This document shows, piece after piece, positions 54,480 through 57,949 of a stretch of 57,949 nt of DNA. Origin of the DNA: a virus (Duplodnaviria > Caudoviricetes). Below the pieces are notes generated by a model that was not told the origin of the DNA, searched no databases, and worked only from the letters and a program-made list of their open reading frames with translations. How positions within the stretch are numbered: the stretch's first letter is position 1; each line of letters opens with the position of its first letter. Both the position numbers and the translations under genes were made by a program. The DNA lies in the IMG/VR virus record IMGVR_UViG_3300010158_000078, positions 1 to 57,949 of that record; one strand, 5' to 3'.

Positions 54480-54666
54480 TTATTTCAAGTCATTATTAAA
54501 CTCTGAAAGCCCTGATAGTTCTAAAAGATTTATAGGGATCATTAGTAGTATATCATTAATAGTAGCCATGTTTATATTTCACACGGACATACTAATACAA
54601 GCAGTAACCGCATTGGCAGGAACGGCTTTAACCGCTACTGCATTTGAAAAAATATTTAAAAAATAA
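54472..54666 (+). CDS. holin candidate
   Basis: 64 aa, SSKR followed by two TM segments, directly before the endolysin. Confidence 0.6.
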   Translation: MINYFKSLLNSESPDSSKRFIGIISSISLIVAMFIFHTDILIQAVTALAGTALTATAFEKIFKK

Positions 54667-55184
54667 TGGCAGATATAAAATTGTTGGCACCAATAATAGC
54701 TAAGTGGGAAGGTGGTTATGTTAATGATCCAACAGACAAGGGTGGATCTACTAACATGGGGGTTACAATATCTACCTGGAAGCAGGTTGGATATGATAAA
54801 AACCATGATGGTCATATAGACGATGCAGATATAAAACTTCTAAACAGAGATGATTTTAAGTTTGTTCTGAAAAAATACTGGGATATATGGCAGGCAGACA
54901 AGATAAACAATCAATCTATAGCGGAAATATTGGTTGATTGGGTTTGGGGATCTGGCAAATGGGGTGTTGTAATACCTCAAAGATTGTTAGGATTAGAAGA
55001 TGATGGTAAGGTCGGAGCGATAACACTTAGTCATCTTAATCAAGCAAATCAAAAAGAATTATTCACAAGTTTGTTTAATGCTAGGGTTAAATTTTTAAAT
55101 GATATTGTAAAAAATAATCCAAGCCAATCAAAATTTATAAAGGGGTGGTTAAATAGACTTAATGATTTTAAATTTCATGAATAA
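54666..55184 (+). CDS. endolysin, glycoside hydrolase family 108 with peptidoglycan-binding domain
   Basis: WEGGYVNDPTDKGGSTNMGVT…DGKVG…FIKGWLNRL. Confidence 0.9.
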   Translation: MADIKLLAPIIAKWEGGYVNDPTDKGGSTNMGVTISTWKQVGYDKNHDGHIDDADIKLLNRDDFKFVLKKYWDIWQADKINNQSIAEILVDWVWGSGKWGVVIPQRLLGLEDDGKVGAITLSHLNQANQKELFTSLFNARVKFLNDIVKNNPSQSKFIKGWLNRLNDFKFHE

Positions 55185-55659
55185 ATATATACTATTATCA
55201 TTATTAATTGTTTCTTGTGGATCTAGAAAGGTTCAAAAGAGTCATATCACAGAAGACATTAAACAATTAACAGAAACAAAGACTATAGATACTTCATCTA
55301 TAGCTATAAACACAGACTCAAATACAAGGATTATAGATACGTCTACAACCTCTGAAATTGAGATAACTCCTATAGACACAACAAAACCTTTTATGTACGA
55401 TAATAAAGTATTTAAAAACGCTGTTTTAAGGATCAAAAAACATAAGAACAACATAAGTACTCAAACAACAGAGAAAGTGTCTGAAAAACGACATAACGCA
55501 GTCGTAACGACTGACAAGACTCAGTCTCAAACTCAGATAGAGGTTGCTCAGAAGGATACAGACAAAAAAGAAAGTATATTATCTTATTGGTGGATATTAT
55601 TATTAATCGCAGCATGCTATACAGCATACAGAGTATATGACAAAAATAAGTATATATAG
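55177..55659 (+). CDS. putative unimolecular spanin (lipoprotein with C-terminal TM)
   Basis: MNKYILLSLLIVSC lipobox, T-rich beta region, C-terminal WWILLLIAA TM; follows the endolysin. Confidence 0.7.
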   Translation: MNKYILLSLLIVSCGSRKVQKSHITEDIKQLTETKTIDTSSIAINTDSNTRIIDTSTTSEIEITPIDTTKPFMYDNKVFKNAVLRIKKHKNNISTQTTEKVSEKRHNAVVTTDKTQSQTQIEVAQKDTDKKESILSYWWILLLIAACYTAYRVYDKNKYI

Positions 55660-57949
55660 TCTTGATACTAATGTCAAGGGTAATGATAGATGGATAGGAT
55701 CCGACGCACAGAACTATAATGCGACAAAGAATTTTAGTCCAGATAATGTTGCTGATTATTTCAATCATAATCAGGTAATAAATTCTGGAAATTCTTTAGG
55801 ATACACATACCAGACTCTTGATCCTTTAGAGACTAGAAGACCTGGTACGATATCATTTATAACAGAGATAGGTCCACAAGTAAACTTCTCTGATATAAGC
55901 ACATTCTTGCTTAGTAATACTAGCCTTAAAGGAAATATTGTTAGTGAGTATATAAACTTCCTTAACGGATCTAAGGTTGTCATATCTAAGGGAAGCAATA
56001 CTAACTTGTTTGGATTATATAAAATAACTGGTGTTGAGGTATACCTTCCAGAGCCAAACTTTTTTAATGTTAGCCTTACATTTATAGATGGTAATGGATT
56101 CATTAAAGAAGATAATGACTATATCATATCTCTTGTACTGGATAAGTATGACCAGATTCCTACAAAAACATCAGACCTAACGAACGACGGTGAGGATGGT
56201 GTTCATCCATTTATAACGGCTCAAGATATACCGCCATCAGCAAGCACATTGCAAGATGTTGTTAATAATGGTAACGGTATATATAACTATGGAGGTTTAG
56301 GTCATGCTGATATTCAGTCAACAAACTTTTCAAACAATAGAACACTATATCTAAATAACAACTCTTATCCAACTATAAGACTTGTTGATAATGGAAATGC
56401 TTCTCATAATTTAACGATAGATCTAGATACCTTAAATCTCAACGGAACATTATATAACTGGTCAAGTATTGTTTCTGGTATGCCTCAAAACCTACAACAA
56501 GTAACTGATTTAGGTAATGCTACTACTAATAATATTGTTTTAAATAGTTATCCTGGAAAGTATACAAACTATACAGTTCAGAACACGCTTGAAGATTTAG
56601 GTTTGTTTGGAACCTTATCAAGTGATATTGATGAGGACTATAGCTCTTACTACGCTGGATATGGTTTTGGTATTAATGCATCTTTAAATACATTAAGTAA
56701 GTTCATAGGTGGCTATGAGAGTACGTTTAATTTATATTCACAAGATACTGCAAACAGTAACTATACTGGTGGTATAACATTAGACGCTACTGATGGTGCT
56801 GGATCTGGTTTTATAGAAATACAAAATAATTTACCAAGAAGTGGTAAATTAAAGGTTACAAAACTAAATAACAATATAACTCTTCAGTTTCCAAATAAAC
56901 CAACTGGTGAGTATATAATAGCTACTACAGAAGATGTAGGGGTTATACCTACACTACAGCAGGTAACAGATGTAGGTAACACAACCACAACAGCTATAAT
57001 ACTAACAAGCGTTGATACTCAAGGTTATTTAGATTCGTATGATTTTGAATGGTCTACCAATGATGGTACTCCCTACAATTATCAACTATTTTACTATACA
57101 CCGTATGTTGGACTAACTTATGAAATGTATAGTAATGATGACAATTATGGATATAATATTGGATTACGCAGTGATGGGAGTATTTTTACTTCAGATGTTT
57201 TGAATGGGTATCAAAGCTATTTATACCCTGGGCTATTAACGTTAAACTCACCAATTTCCAACGTAAATTTAGATACTCAATCCTTATCGTTTTTTAATGG
57301 ATCAAATCAATCTGAATTAACATGGGAAAAACTACGTATTAATAAAGGGACTTTAAAAACAGATTTATTAACAAATGATATAACTTTAGAGTTCCCCAAT
57401 AAAACAGCAGGAACTTATACTATTGCTACTACTTCTGATATACCATCATTTACACCAGCAGCTTTAACAAAAACAAATGATACAAATGTAACTCTTACTT
57501 TAGGAGGTACTCCAAGCACAGCATTGCTTCAAGGTGTATCATTAACGCTAGGATGGACTGGAACATTAGCAGATTCAAGAATAGCTAGTGCTGCTACTTG
57601 GAATGCCAAACAAAATGCGATTACTACTGGAACTACATCACAATATTTTAGAGGAGATCTTTCTTTAGCAACTTTCCCTACTATACCTACTGTTGGAACA
57701 TGGGGAGCATTAAACTACCCAACATGGACCACTGGAACACCATTTGTAAAAATGACCGCTGCTGGAACATTTGCTTTAGATACTAATACATACCTTACAG
57801 GCATAACCAGTAGTCAAGTTACTACAGCTTTAGGATATACACCAGTAACAAACGCAAGAACATTAACTATTAATGGTGTTGGTTATGATCTTACAGCAGA
57901 TAGAAGTTGGACTATACCTACATTTACATCTCCTCTTACAACTAAAGGA
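55637..57949 (+). CDS. long tail fibre protein (runs off window; not in ORF track)
   Basis: Frame from MTKISIYSLDT…; repeated LQQVTDxGN, FPNKxxGxYxIATT, IPTKTSDLTNDG and VTTALGYTP fibre motifs. Confidence 0.8.
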   Translation, partial: MTKISIYSLDTNVKGNDRWIGSDAQNYNATKNFSPDNVADYFNHNQVINSGNSLGYTYQTLDPLETRRPGTISFITEIGPQVNFSDISTFLLSNTSLKGNIVSEYINFLNGSKVVISKGSNTNLFGLYKITGVEVYLPEPNFFNVSLTFIDGNGFIKEDNDYIISLVLDKYDQIPTKTSDLTNDGEDGVHPFITAQDIPPSASTLQDVVNNGNGIYNYGGLGHADIQSTNFSNNRTLYLNNNSYPTIRLVDNGNASHNLTIDLDTLNLNGTLYNWSSIVSGMPQNLQQVTDLGNATTNNIVLNSYPGKYTNYTVQNTLEDLGLFGTLSSDIDEDYSSYYAGYGFGINASLNTLSKFIGGYESTFNLYSQDTANSNYTGGITLDATDGAGSGFIEIQNNLPRSGKLKVTKLNNNITLQFPNKPTGEYIIATTEDVGVIPTLQQVTDVGNTTTTAIILTSVDTQGYLDSYDFEWSTNDGTPYNYQLFYYTPYVGLTYEMYSNDDNYGYNIGLRSDGSIFTSDVLNGYQSYLYPGLLTLNSPISNVNLDTQSLSFFNGSNQSELTWEKLRINKGTLKTDLLTNDITLEFPNKTAGTYTIATTSDIPSFTPAALTKTNDTNVTLTLGGTPSTALLQGVSLTLGWTGTLADSRIASAATWNAKQNAITTGTTSQYFRGDLSLATFPTIPTVGTWGALNYPTWTTGTPFVKMTAAGTFALDTNTYLTGITSSQVTTALGYTPVTNARTLTINGVGYDLTADRSWTIPTFTSPLTTKG

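Noticed and set aside
366-55659. Stop-codon reassignment as in some crAss-like phages
   Set aside because: Long genes are intact in the standard code, and TAA, TAG and TGA all serve as stops.
1-57949. Prophage/integrative element or diversity-generating retroelement
   Set aside because: No integrase, host flanking genes, reverse transcriptase or adenine-specific TR/VR pair was seen.

Overview
The window is most of the genome of a lytic, podovirus-type tailed phage of a Bacteroidota host, probably Flavobacterium-like. The host call rests on TAnnTTTG -7 promoter boxes in front of most operons. On the + strand, 1-24.5 kb carries the terminase C-terminus, portal, scaffold, major capsid protein, ring/nozzle proteins and large ejection-type proteins, with a ferritin gene among them. 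The - strand from 24.5 to 47.5 kb is an early/middle block: T5 A1-like phosphoesterase, SF2 helicase, primase-helicase, ABC-ATPase/GNAT fusion, SSB, exonuclease, Sak3-like annealase, GIY-YIG and HNH endonucleases, and many small ORFs. 47.5-48.8 kb is non-coding and probably holds the control region and genome terminus. The + strand from 48.8 kb to the end carries GroEL/GroES, small basic proteins, a lysis cassette and tail fibres. The most striking unannotated signals are RNA-level. A canonical type III hammerhead ribozyme (47467-47519, -) lies downstream of two tandem early promoters, each followed by a structured RNA. A tRNA mimic with non-canonical loops (39355-39435, -) abuts a second structured RNA. 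An HNH gene has a pseudoknot-like leader. Together these suggest a phage programme that releases small ncRNAs by self-cleavage or RNase P processing (inference). Also notable: three consecutive genes end in the same synonymously recoded tail (...NKYTTL/NRYTTL), and a pair of ~190-bp inverted origin-like repeats flanks the control region. All protein calls come from motif recognition by eye; no database searches were run.
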